A DNA stretch of 64,000 bases, from positions 385,144,001 to 385,208,000 of the forward strand of contig OZ024740.1 in the NCBI GenBank assembly GCA_964016885.1. Direction: 5' to 3'. Of this stretch, positions 26,389-37,232 are shown one piece after another. The stretch comes from Eledone cirrhosa (lineage: Eukaryota). The first letter of the stretch is position 1. Each line of letters begins with the position of its first letter. Made by a program: the position numbers and the translations under genes. The notes beneath the pieces were generated by a model, which was not told the origin of the DNA, did not search any database, and was given only the letters and a program-made list of their open reading frames with translations.

Positions 26389-29334
26389 CATTTTTATTTT
26401 CTTTCATTATTGTTTCTGAGATATATGCCGAGTGTCTTCCTGACACCTAGGGCAAATAAATTCACAGTGTGCATAATCAGCACATTGATTATAATAAATA
26501 AATAAAAAAATGAAAGAAACAGTTTACATATATACACATGTGTATATGCATATGTAAATACAAGGAGGGATATCAATCTTACAGAGATAGTGCTCTTCTC
26601 AATACGCGTGCAGTACCAGTTAAAGCAATTTTTTGCACCTCGTGCAGAGAGGGTAAACCAGGAATCATTCGCAAATATTGTTCTGTTCCTTTCTTGATCA
26701 TTCCCAAACCTCCCACAATCACTGGTATTGTAACGGCCTTGATGTGCCACATTTTCTCAATTTCAATAAGTAGATCTTTATATTTTCGTAGCTTGTCAAA
26801 TTCTTTTGCCGCAATATTGTGATCACATGGGATGCTCATATCTATCAACAAACAGACCTTGTTATGTTGATCTTTTATAATGATGTCAGGTCTATTTGCT
26901 TTTATGGTCCTGTCAGTATGTACAGGAAACTCCCAGAGAATTGTTACTTTTTCTCCTTCAGTTACAGCCCCAGAGTGATGGTTTTACCACTTGTCTTCAG
27001 CTTTGATTTTGTAATGCCGACATATGACCCAGTGTAGATATTGGCCAACTCTGTCATGTCTATATTTGTATTCTACTGGTGCTAACACTTTACATCCAGA
27101 GACTAAGTGATCCACTGTTTCAACCCCAGCATTGCAGAATCGGCACTTTGGGTTTATTCCGTTTCTCATCACATTGGCCTGGTAAGCTTTGATCTTGGGC
27201 AACTAAGATGAAGCCTTCACTCTCCGCCTTTAGCCCTGAACTACGTAGCCACTGATGTGCTTTTGGTCAACATCAGCTTGTTTGCTACGGGCCACACGTT
27301 TTCAATGCAGAGGTTTCTGCTCCCAATTTGGTGCTAATTGTCCTTGCCCTTTTGCTTTTACCAGTTATTTTATGTGCCTAGCAGCATCAGTTGCAACAGT
27401 TTCTTTAGTCTGTCCAGCCTGGGTATCAAACATGAGATCAGCAGCATATTTTTTGCTCTCCTTCAAGATAGAATGAAGTTTTTTACTTCTCTCATGCGTT
27501 TCAACAAGTTTCAGCATACAGTCGTTAGTTGTTTCAAGGTATTTGGCTAGTCCAATGATGGTTGTCTTATAAGCAAGTTCAAATTGGATCAGGCCACGGC
27601 CTCCCTGAGTTCTAGGAAGGTAAAGACGATCCACATCAATAGCTTACGGACTTTGGTGTCGATTCTTTTGATTTCACTCATATTCCAGTTTAACACACCG
27701 AAGCTATAAACGACAACTGGGACTGCCAAGGAATTTATGGCTAGCACCTTGTTACGAGCGTTTAGTTCTGTTCTCAGAACTGCACGTACTCTCCTGTAAC
27801 ATTCTTTCCTTATCCTATCTTTCATACTTGCATGCTGTATGCCAGAGCTTTCATTAATCCCTAAGTATTTATAGGTTTGTTCCTGCTCAAGTTCCTTTAT
27901 GATTGTTTCAGCATCCAATTCAATTGAGTCTGAGTTGACAATCTTCCCCTTCTTGAAAGTGGCTTTTGCACACTTGTCAAGTCCAAACTCCATCCTGATT
28001 TCATCACTAAACGTTTTTACTGTCCGCAAAAGGCCTTCCAGTTCGTCATTATCTTTGTAATATAGCTTCAAATTATCCATATAAAATAGGTGGCTTATTT
28101 TTTTGTTGTCAATTCTATAACCGTACCCGTTCTATTAAGCTCGGATGTAAGGAGTATTAAAGCTATGCAAAAAGCAAGGGTGAAAGTGGGTCACCCTGGA
28201 ATATTACCACAGTTGATGTTTATATTCCTAGAGCACAGTACCCCAGTGGAATGAGAGAATTAGAGATTTGTGTTCCATAATGACATATTGTGCTTCAGGA
28301 AATTAGAGATCACTGGTGAGATTTTAAAGATGTCCAGTGATTTCAGACTCCATGAGTGTGGTATGTTGTCAAAGGCTTCTTTATAATCGATCCATGCAGA
28401 ACTGAGATTTCTGTGTTTATTATGACAGTTCTCAAGGATCATACGATTAATCAAAAGTTGTCTTTGCAATCATATGAACCTCGTCGGCACCCTTTTTGTT
28501 CAATGGGAAAAAGATTGTTCTCCTCCAAAAATACGTATGCTTTTTCCATGAGAATAGAAGTTAATAGTTTATAAGTGGTGGACAAGTTTGTTATGGGCCG
28601 ATAGTTTTTTTTTACTTTGGTTTCGTTGTTCTTTGATAGAAGGTAGGTAATGCCACTTGCTATCCAATCAGGTGTATTTTTGGATCTTTCATAATTCCAT
28701 TAAACAGCTTGACCAATATATTGTGAGTACACGGGAGTGAGGAAAGCCAGAAATTTGGCACCCTGGCTCTACCAGGAGATTTCCATTTATGTGATTTATT
28801 GAGTGCTGTCCTTAAGTCCGCTATAGAGATGTCTTCCCACGCCTGTTCTTCTAAATGTGTGTAGGATTTTTCCAGTCGAACAATCAATCCAATCTACATT
28901 AGTATTATATGTCTTCTCATCACTCCAAATCTTACACCAGAAGTTTTCAACTGCTTCTACGGGCGGGGGGGGGGCGTCTTCAGTGATTTTTTTTCTTCCC
29001 TACTTCTCTATAAAATGACTTGGCATTGGATGAGAACAACTTATTTTGCCTGTAGAAGTTGTTTCGCTTCTCGAATCTATGAATTCGTTGGGCTTTTACT
29101 TGGAATTTTTGTTTCAGAGATTCTTTTGTTGAAACTATTGCTTATCGAGAAGACAGTCCATATTTTCTCTTTAGTTTTCTTACCTTCTTGGTTCTTATAT
29201 CATTTCCACCGGTTAACTCACTCAATAAAGATATTTCTCCTCTCATTACATCAATCTCCTTTTCGATTCTACTCCTCCAAATTGGTTTACCTCGAAGGTT
29301 CGACTTTTTTTGTTTTGTTTTTTTTGTGGTAAAC
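26389..29334 (-). mobile_element. 5'-truncated R4/Dong-like LINE bounded by (TTA)n
   Basis: KWKSPG, WIDYKEAFD, YMDNLKLY, CRFCNAGVETVDHLVSGC..RHD, LIDMSIP..KLRKY. Confidence 0.9.
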
Positions 29335-29377
29335 ATTATATTATATTATTATATATATATTATTATTATTATTATTA

Positions 29378-32300
29378 CAGTTGCACTTATCTTGCTTTAT
29401 GTTCATACGAGTTATCACCAAGTCACAACCAGTGACCTCAAGAGACAACAAGGTCCGCCATGTTTAAGAAAGAACATACATACACACACATGCATCTTTA
29501 GTGTTTAGAATTGTGATGTACTTATATTGACAGAATCTTCCTTAGTATATGGGCAGTTCCCATTAGTACTATCTTTTGTATTTCTCCTATACGCGGGTTT
29601 CCTGGGATTTGCGATAAGTAATCATTAGACCCTTAGGTATCATTCCCAGAGCGCCTACAACCACTGGTATTGTTTTAATTCTCAATTTCCACATTTTTCC
29701 AATTTCTATCTCCAGGTCCTTATACTTGCTCAATTTTTCAAATGTTTTTATAGATACATTCTTGTCTATTGGAACGGACATATCAATTAGCAGGCATACC
29801 CTCTTTTTAAAGTCCTTCAATATTATATCAGGTCTATTTGCATCTATTTTTCGGTCTGTTTGGATGCTAAAGTTCCACAAGATTGAGATGTGATCTTTTT
29901 CAAGTATGGGAGGTGGTTGATGCTCCCACCAATTCTTTTGATGGGGCAGGTCAAAATGCTTACACATTATCCAATGTGTAAGCATTTTGCATACACGGCA
30001 CAATGGGCTGCATCCATTTTTTATTATGTTGGCTTGGTAATTTTTTGTTGGCAGACACTGATCTTGTGCTGATATAATCAGTCCTTCAGTCTCCGATTTT
30101 AGTCCAGAGGATGCCAACCACTAATGGGTTAAAGTTTTGTCAACATCAGGATTGTTAGCTCGTTCTGGGTATTTTCCATACAGAGGCTTTTCTTGCCATT
30201 TCTTAGCCAGTTTCTGTAGCAGTTCTTTCTTTGCAGTTACTTTTACCTGCTTTGCTTTTTCTGTGTTTTCCATTTCAGCAGTAAATGGGACTTCTGAAAT
30301 TTGTAGTCCATTACTGTATCTTTGTGCATCTTTTGTAATGGAATATGATCTTTTGATGCTTTCGTGTTTCAAAACGAGTTTGATCATCCAATCATGTTAT
30401 TCCCTTAGATATGTAGATAATCCAATTGTTGCAGTTTTCAACGCAATGTCTAACTGGACTAACCCACGTCCTCCTTCTTTCCTAGGGAGATATATTCTAT
30501 CTATATCTGCCTTAGGGTGATGCATTCTGTGCATGGTTAAGAATTTTCGAATTTTTGTATCAAGCCTACGGATCTCTGTGCTTGACCAGATGATGACATT
30601 GTAACTGTAGGTTACCACTGGTATGGCAAGCGTGTTTATGGCATCGATCCTATTCCTTGCATTCAATTCCGTTCTTAAGATTGTTCTTACTCTGCGGTAA
30701 CATTCCTTCCTTATCCTTTCCCTCATTGTCGAGTGCTTGATTCCGTCTCCTTCACAAACACCTAGATATTTGTAAGTTTTTTCTTGATCAAATTCTCTTA
30801 TCACGTTTCCCCGATCAAGATTAATGCCTGAACTCTTCAGCAGCTTTCCTCTGGTGAACGTTGCTTTGGCGCATTTATCTAGTCCAAACTCCATTTTAAT
30901 GTCATCGCTGAACTGCTCCGCAGTGGATAATAGCCCTTGCAATTGTTCATCATTTTTTGCAAATAGTTTCAGGTCATCCATGTAGAACAAGTGATTAATG
31001 GTTTTGTCATAGACTTTATATCCATGTTTTGTTTCATTGAGCATTTTACTTAATGGTATAAGTGCGATGCAGAACAAAAGCGGTGATAAAGAGTCACCCT
31101 GAAAAATTCCACAATTAATATTAACTTCTCCAGCTTCCAGTGATTTTGTTTCAATATTCAAAATGGTGTCGTTTTCCATGTCTTCATACTGAATGACAAA
31201 GACCTCCTGACAACGGGAGATATTTTGAAAATCTCTAAACATTTTTCAATCCAACTGTGTGGCAAACTATCGAATGATTTTTTATAATCTATCCAAGCAA
31301 TTGATAGATTTTTATTTCTATTATGACGATCTTCCAGTATCATTTTGTTAACCAAAAGCTGATCCTTACAGCCATATGAGCCTCGTTTACACCCTTTCTG
31401 CTCAATGGGAAATAGGTCATTTGTTATCAGGTGGTCATATGTGTATTCAGTTAGGACTGATGTTAAAACTTTATACATTGTGGTCAAGCAAGTTATCGGT
31501 CTGTAATTTTTGGGATTGTTTGTCTCATCATTCTTCGGAAGCAGGAATGTAATGCCGTTAACTAGCCATGATGGTATCTTTTCTGGCTCCTTAACTATTT
31601 CATTGTAAAGTTGGGCTAACAGCTCATGAGACTCTGTGAAGGCATTTATCCAAAAATTTTGTATTTTGTCTTTTCCTGGGGATTTCCATTTGCTGGTTTT
31701 TCTTAGAGCCAAGCGCAACTTTTCAACTGTTATGTTTTCCCATATTTGTTCCTCAAGGTGAGCTGTTTCTTTCATTTGTCTGTCTATCCATTGGGCATGT
31801 ATGTTATGAACTTTTTCTTCGGCCCAGATCTTTTCCCAGAATTCTTGCACTTCCTCCTTGGGTGGTATTGATTTAGCAGTTATTGTTGACTTACCAATTT
31901 TTCTGTAGAAGTTTCTTTGGTTGTTTTTGAACATATTATTGTCCTTATAGAATCTAGATCGTTTTTCAAAGCGCCTTATACGAGCAGCTTTGGCCGACAC
32001 TTTTTGCTTGATTATTTCTATCAGCATGTCTATGTCACTTTTTGATTTTATACTATACTTTCTTTTCAATTTTCTAAGTTTAGTTTGTTTAACATGTTCA
32101 CCTACTTTATAGTTTGTTAAAATTTCTATGTCAGATCGGAGAAGGTTTATCTGGCGATTGATGTTCTCTTGCCAAGTAGATTTCTTGTGGGAATTCCTTT
32201 GTTTTTTCATCTTCACTCCACATAAGTGAGTGGTGACTTTAGCCGATGCATAATAGAGATGATTTAAATCAGTAATGTTTAGTTTGTTTGTGATGATAAT

Positions 32301-33245
32301 GTTTTTGAGAATTATGTTAGTCTTGTGTATTATCTTTTGGTTCTGTTTGGAGTTCTGGATCTTAGGGAGGGTGTCTCGTTGCCCCATGTCAGATTCTTTC
32401 ATTTTCATCCATTCGATCATAATTTCATCCTTCAAGTTGGTAAGTTCATTCTCATTCATTTCTTTATCATTTACGATCTCATTATTTTCATTTGGAGTTT
32501 CATCTTGAGCATGCACTCCCTCCACTTTTTCGATCCTTTCTTTAATTTGTTCTGTTGCCAGTGATTCCGCCCCAACCCTGGGATTCGAAGTATTACAATT
32601 TACCTCGTTTTCACTGACACATGTTTCATTTTCCCTTCGCTGACTTTGTGCTAATAGCTTGATCTGATCAATTTCTATATCAGTTAGTAACTTTTTTTTT
32701 ACAATATTTCTTCGTATATTGGCTAGTTTGTTACTGTCAATATAGCCTCTGTTTTCGGGATGTTTCTTTTTCCAGTTGATATATGTCTGTTCTGTATTCA
32801 ATGTATTTTATGGGTAGTACATGGCAGTGTAGAAAGCCTCAAGGACTTCTTTATTATCTTCCCTTGACCATTTTTCTCTCTTTTTCTTTGGATTTCTTGG
32901 TGGTGAGCATGGAGGGCTAACAGTACGAGTATTACGGTTATGGGAGGTCTCCAGCTCCGAAGTGATGGGAAGGTTTGAACCATTAGCTGATTTTTCGACC
33001 CCAGTCTGGTTCCTCTCTGAGGGATGCGGCCTTTTTTTACCCGGGTGACGGCCGATCCGGTATGAGATTTTATCATTAGACATTTACTTTATTTTGTCGC
33101 GTTTTATCCTTATCCGCCAATGGGTAATCATTTCGTGTTACCACTTCTAGAACGAGTGTCAACCAAGACTAGAGGGGTCGTTCTCCCCTAGAGACACGGC
33201 TATTCCCCGCCGGCCGCCATCCCGGTATTTCTTGGTCACGGGGTT
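29378..33245 (-). mobile_element. Near full-length R4/Dong-like LINE with 5' UTR; single ORF broken by a few frameshifts and stops
   Basis: ATG at 33083, KWSREDNKEV N-terminal motif, RT (GIFQGDSLSP, FYMDD), RLE (RPDIILKD..LIDMSVP..KY); (TTA)n at the 3' flank. Confidence 0.93.
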
Positions 33246-34315
33246 TTCTTTTTTGTTGTTTTTTTAAATTGTTATTATCATGAGTGGTTCCTTAATGTAA
33301 GCATTGCGTGGTTTAAGAATGAGATTATTAATAATAATAATTGTCTCCACTCCAGGCACAAGGCCAGCAATCACCCAGTGCATTACAATAATATAATATA
33401 CTTTTTGCTGAAGTTGCCTGTTATTGTTGTTGGCTATGTCGGTGGTGGTGCTGGGGCTTTTTATATTGTTGGTGAGGAAGGGGGGAGCCAGCAGTGCCAT
33501 AGTTGTTGACGTTTGGCCGGTGGCCAGGTCACTAAGTCAATCTATTTATATCTTTTGCTAGCCTCTCCCTTGTCTAGTGATACCGCCACCTTCCCCTTTC
33601 TTAAGTTAACAGGGGAATAGTGGTGGTAGCAATAAAGGAGTGGTGGCGGTGGTGATGGGGTAGCGGTAGTAATGATGGGTGGAGTGGTGGCGGCGGTGGC
33701 GTTGTCGTTACTGAGTTTTTTATTTTTTTATATGTAGTATCTATGCGTTTGTGTCGCGTATGTTTAATATCTGTGTTGAATAGACTAGTTTTGTTTGATC
33801 TGTAGTATCTATGCGTTTGTTCCGCGTATGTTTAATATATGCGTTGAGATATTCCCGTAAAATTGGAATTAAACATTTTGTTAAAACTTGAGACAATAAT
33901 AATAGTAATTATTATTATGATGCTGGGATTAGTGGTGGTGGTGGTGAAATTGCAGTTATCTGGTTGTTATATTTAGTGTACACAGCGGGGTGATGGGGTA
34001 GGTGGTGTATCAAGTTTCTAGTGTTGGTGAAATTGCTGTTGTTTGGCTGTTCTATATAGTGTAGACAAAGGGAGTTTTCTTCCATTTATAACCATTTTCT
34101 TTTTTGAATATAAAATATATGATACAAAATTGAATATTTGAGCGTATATAACAATATATTATGGATCCGAAATTTTATGAGACTTGATTCGGTGGTTTAT
34201 GCATTATTTGTACTAAGAATTGTTATTTCACAATTAATTTAAATATGTTAAAAATCAAAAACTTACGGGAGCGATTTCATGACCTTCTACCACCTCGTGC
34301 GTCTTCTTCCCTATC

Positions 34316-34350
<35 letters not shown>

Positions 34351-34360
34351 GTTATTGTTA

Positions 34361-36807
34361 TTCCTTGAATCTCAGTCATTGATGTTGGTTAACTGGAAAG
34401 TCCGTTGGATTGAATATCAAGCCACTACCTGCAGCCTCAGATATTCAGGACGTATCGGAGGGTTCTTGCCGTTCCAAGCAAGCATGCCTTTTGAAGCGTT
34501 CCAAAAAGCGTGAAGGGGCCGATTTTCTTTAACCATCCCTGGAAACCTTTGGAGATAGTCCCCAGTGCGCCTATGACAATCGGGATCACTTTGACTTCAT
34601 GGCAGTTCCAAATCCTTTTCACCTCCCACTTTAGGTCCTGGTATCGGTTAATTTTCTCCCTCTCCTTCTCTTGCACTCTCGTGTCGAACGGGCAGGCCAC
34701 ATCCACAATCAGGCACGATCTTTTTTCTTTGTCCACAACCACCAGGTCAGGTCTATTGTGTTCCAGTTTTTTGTCCGTCTGTATCCTAAAATCCCACAGC
34801 ACCTTCACCTGACTGTTCTCCATCACCGCCTCTGGCCTATGCTCATACCATTTCTCAGAATGTGGTAGATTGTTTACTTTGCACAGGTGCCAGTGGATCA
34901 CCCTGCCCATCACATCGTGTCTCCAGCCCTTATAGTGGGTCTGGGCTAGGTGTTTACACTCGGACACAATGTGAGCCACAGTCTCCTCTCTCTCTCCACA
35001 GATCCTGCACAGTGGGCTAGCCTCCTCCTTGTAGATATGGTGCTTCAACCACTTCGTTTTGAGGGCCTGCTCCTGCGCAGCCATTAGCATTCCTTCTGTA
35101 GCCTTTTTGAGGTCTCCTCTTCTCAACCAGTTCCATGTCTGTGGATCTCTAAATTCAGTTTTCTCAAAGAAGGTACTATGAAGGGATTTTCCCTTAAGGC
35201 TGCTCTTCCTCCTTGATGTTATTTCCTCCTTGGGTATCCCCTGGCCTACTGTCCCCTCCTTCAGTACAGCTCTGAGCATTGGCTCCTTACTATAGGTCAC
35301 GTATTTGTATAGGTTGTTTTTCTCCATCTGAACACAGTCCTCTATGCTGATAAGACCTCTTCCACCCTCAGATCTCCTTAGGTAGAGTCTATCGACATCA
35401 CTCCTCTTGTGGAACATGTTGTAGATAGTCAATAGCTTCCTAGTCTTCCTATCCATTTCTTTTTGTTCAGCAACATTCCATCTCAGAATTCCCGCACTGT
35501 ACCTAATAATAGACACAGCTCGGGAATTTACTGCGCTTATGGCATTTCTGCTGTTCAGATGTGACTTCAATACGCTCCTTACTCTCCGAATGTATTCAGT
35601 TCTTAACAATTCCTTCATTTTTTTGTTCTTTATGCCATCAGCCTCCAGAACGCCCAAATACTTGTATCCTTCCTCAGAGTCAATTTCCTTTATCATCTCA
35701 CCTGTTGGTATCTGGATCCCGTTACTTCTGCTCAACCTACCCCTCCTCATCACAATGACTCCACATTTACCAATACCAAACTGCATACATATATCACTGC
35801 TGAAAATACGGACAGTGTCAACAAGCACATCCAACTCCTTCTCACTTTTCCCGAAGAGCTTAAGATCGTCCATGAAGAGGAGGTGATTGATGGTAAGCTC
35901 TCCCCTTCCCAACTTGTATCCTGCTCTCACTTTTCGCAGCATAATGGTCAAGGGCATCAGGGCAAGGACAAACAACAGAGGGGACAGGCTATCTCCCTGG
36001 AAGATACCTCTCTTGATCTTCACGCTTCCCAAGGATACTCCAGTTGATGTCAACTCTGTCTCCCAGGACCCCATACTCCTGCCCAGCAACTGTCTGATGT
36101 TATCTGCCACCCTGAAGATCTCCAGGCTTTTGGTGATCCAGGAATGAGGCACCATGTCAAATGCCTTTCTGTAGTCTATCCATCCCATGGCAAGATCAGT
36201 GTGTCTCCTCCTGCAATTCCCCATTACCATCTTATCAATAAGCAACTGGTCCTTTGTACCACGTGACTTCTTTCGGCATCCTTTCTGTTCGTCCGGCAAC
36301 AAGTTGTTTGTGTGGAGGTGATGGTAGATTTCCTCAGACACAATGCTCGTCAACAGTTTCCACATTACGGGCAGACATGTGATAGGTCTATAGTTGGTAA
36401 CATCATTACCCTTGATTCGGTCTTTCATTATCAGAACTGTGGTACCTTTTGTCAACCACTCTGGCACCTCACCCGACACCAAGCAGTCATTGAACATGGC
36501 CGTCAGCTTCGGGTGGAGGGATGTTAAATGTTTAATCCAATACCCCTGCACACCATCTGGGCCTGGTGATTTCCAGTTGGTTAGTTTTTTGTCTTGCCCC
36601 TTAAGAGTTTCAACTGTGATACTCAAATCAGTCTGTTGCTGTGCCTGCTCACCGATCTCCCTCTGTACTGTCTCAATCCACCCTGCCTGGGCATTGTGTC
36701 TAACATCCTGCTCCCATATTCCTCTCCAGAATGTTTTAGCTTGTTCCGCCCCAGGGATCAAGTCGGTGCCTCTTTCTTTCCCCTCAAGCTGTCCAAACAG
36801 CATCTTC

Positions 36808-36810
<3 letters not shown>
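34361..36810 (-). mobile_element. 5'-truncated R4/Dong-like LINE inserted in (TTA)n
   Basis: (TTA)n tracts at 34316-34360 and 36809-36864 flank the element. Confidence 0.95.
34437..36803 (-). CDS. Uninterrupted 788 aa RT + CCHC zinc finger + PD-(D/E)xK restriction-like endonuclease (N-terminus missing)
   Basis: GIFQGDSLSP, LFMDD, CRICGEREETVAHIVSEC, RHD, RPDLVVVD..D..EKINRY. Confidence 0.93.
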   Translation of the reverse strand: MLFGQLEGKERGTDLIPGAEQAKTFWRGIWEQDVRHNAQAGWIETVQREIGEQAQQQTDLSITVETLKGQDKKLTNWKSPGPDGVQGYWIKHLTSLHPKLTAMFNDCLVSGEVPEWLTKGTTVLIMKDRIKGNDVTNYRPITCLPVMWKLLTSIVSEEIYHHLHTNNLLPDEQKGCRKKSRGTKDQLLIDKMVMGNCRRRHTDLAMGWIDYRKAFDMVPHSWITKSLEIFRVADNIRQLLGRSMGSWETELTSTGVSLGSVKIKRGIFQGDSLSPLLFVLALMPLTIMLRKVRAGYKLGRGELTINHLLFMDDLKLFGKSEKELDVLVDTVRIFSSDICMQFGIGKCGVIVMRRGRLSRSNGIQIPTGEMIKEIDSEEGYKYLGVLEADGIKNKKMKELLRTEYIRRVRSVLKSHLNSRNAISAVNSRAVSIIRYSAGILRWNVAEQKEMDRKTRKLLTIYNMFHKRSDVDRLYLRRSEGGRGLISIEDCVQMEKNNLYKYVTYSKEPMLRAVLKEGTVGQGIPKEEITSRRKSSLKGKSLHSTFFEKTEFRDPQTWNWLRRGDLKKATEGMLMAAQEQALKTKWLKHHIYKEEASPLCRICGEREETVAHIVSECKHLAQTHYKGWRHDVMGRVIHWHLCKVNNLPHSEKWYEHRPEAVMENSQVKVLWDFRIQTDKKLEHNRPDLVVVDKEKRSCLIVDVACPFDTRVQEKEREKINRYQDLKWEVKRIWNCHEVKVIPIVIGALGTISKGFQGWLKKIGPFTLFGTLQKACLLGTARTLRYVLNI

Positions 36811-36865
<55 letters not shown>

Positions 36866-37054
36866 TTCCTTGTTGGAAAATTGTGATCATCGGCATAGTT
36901 CGCTTCTGTTCATGATGAAATGGATTCACTGGCTGGAACCAGCTCAACTCATCCTAGGGGAATGCTGATGCAAGTACAAGTAGTAGATTTATTTATCTTC
37001 TACAAGAATATATACAGAAAGAACAACTCAAGTATATTCAACACTATGAATTAC

Positions 37055-37232
37055 GATTTGGCAGTATCGGTAGAGGGTTGGACGTCATGCTTTCTAGCAT
37101 AGTTACGTCCTATTACGGTCTGAGTTCAAATCCCGTCGAGGTTAACTTTGCCTTTCATCCTTACGGGATCGATAAAATAAAATACCAGTAATGTACTGGG
37201 TAACTGCTGGCCTTGTGCCAAAAGGAGAAACA
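37055..37232 (+). mobile_element. tRNA-derived SINE followed by a long (ATT/GTT/GGT)n tail
   Basis: A box tggcagtatcgg at 37059, B box gagttcaaatcc at 37122, core gcctttcatccttacggg. Confidence 0.9.

Noticed and set aside
25685-26419. 244 aa plus-strand ORF
   Set aside because: Antisense shadow of a decayed Dong-like RT.
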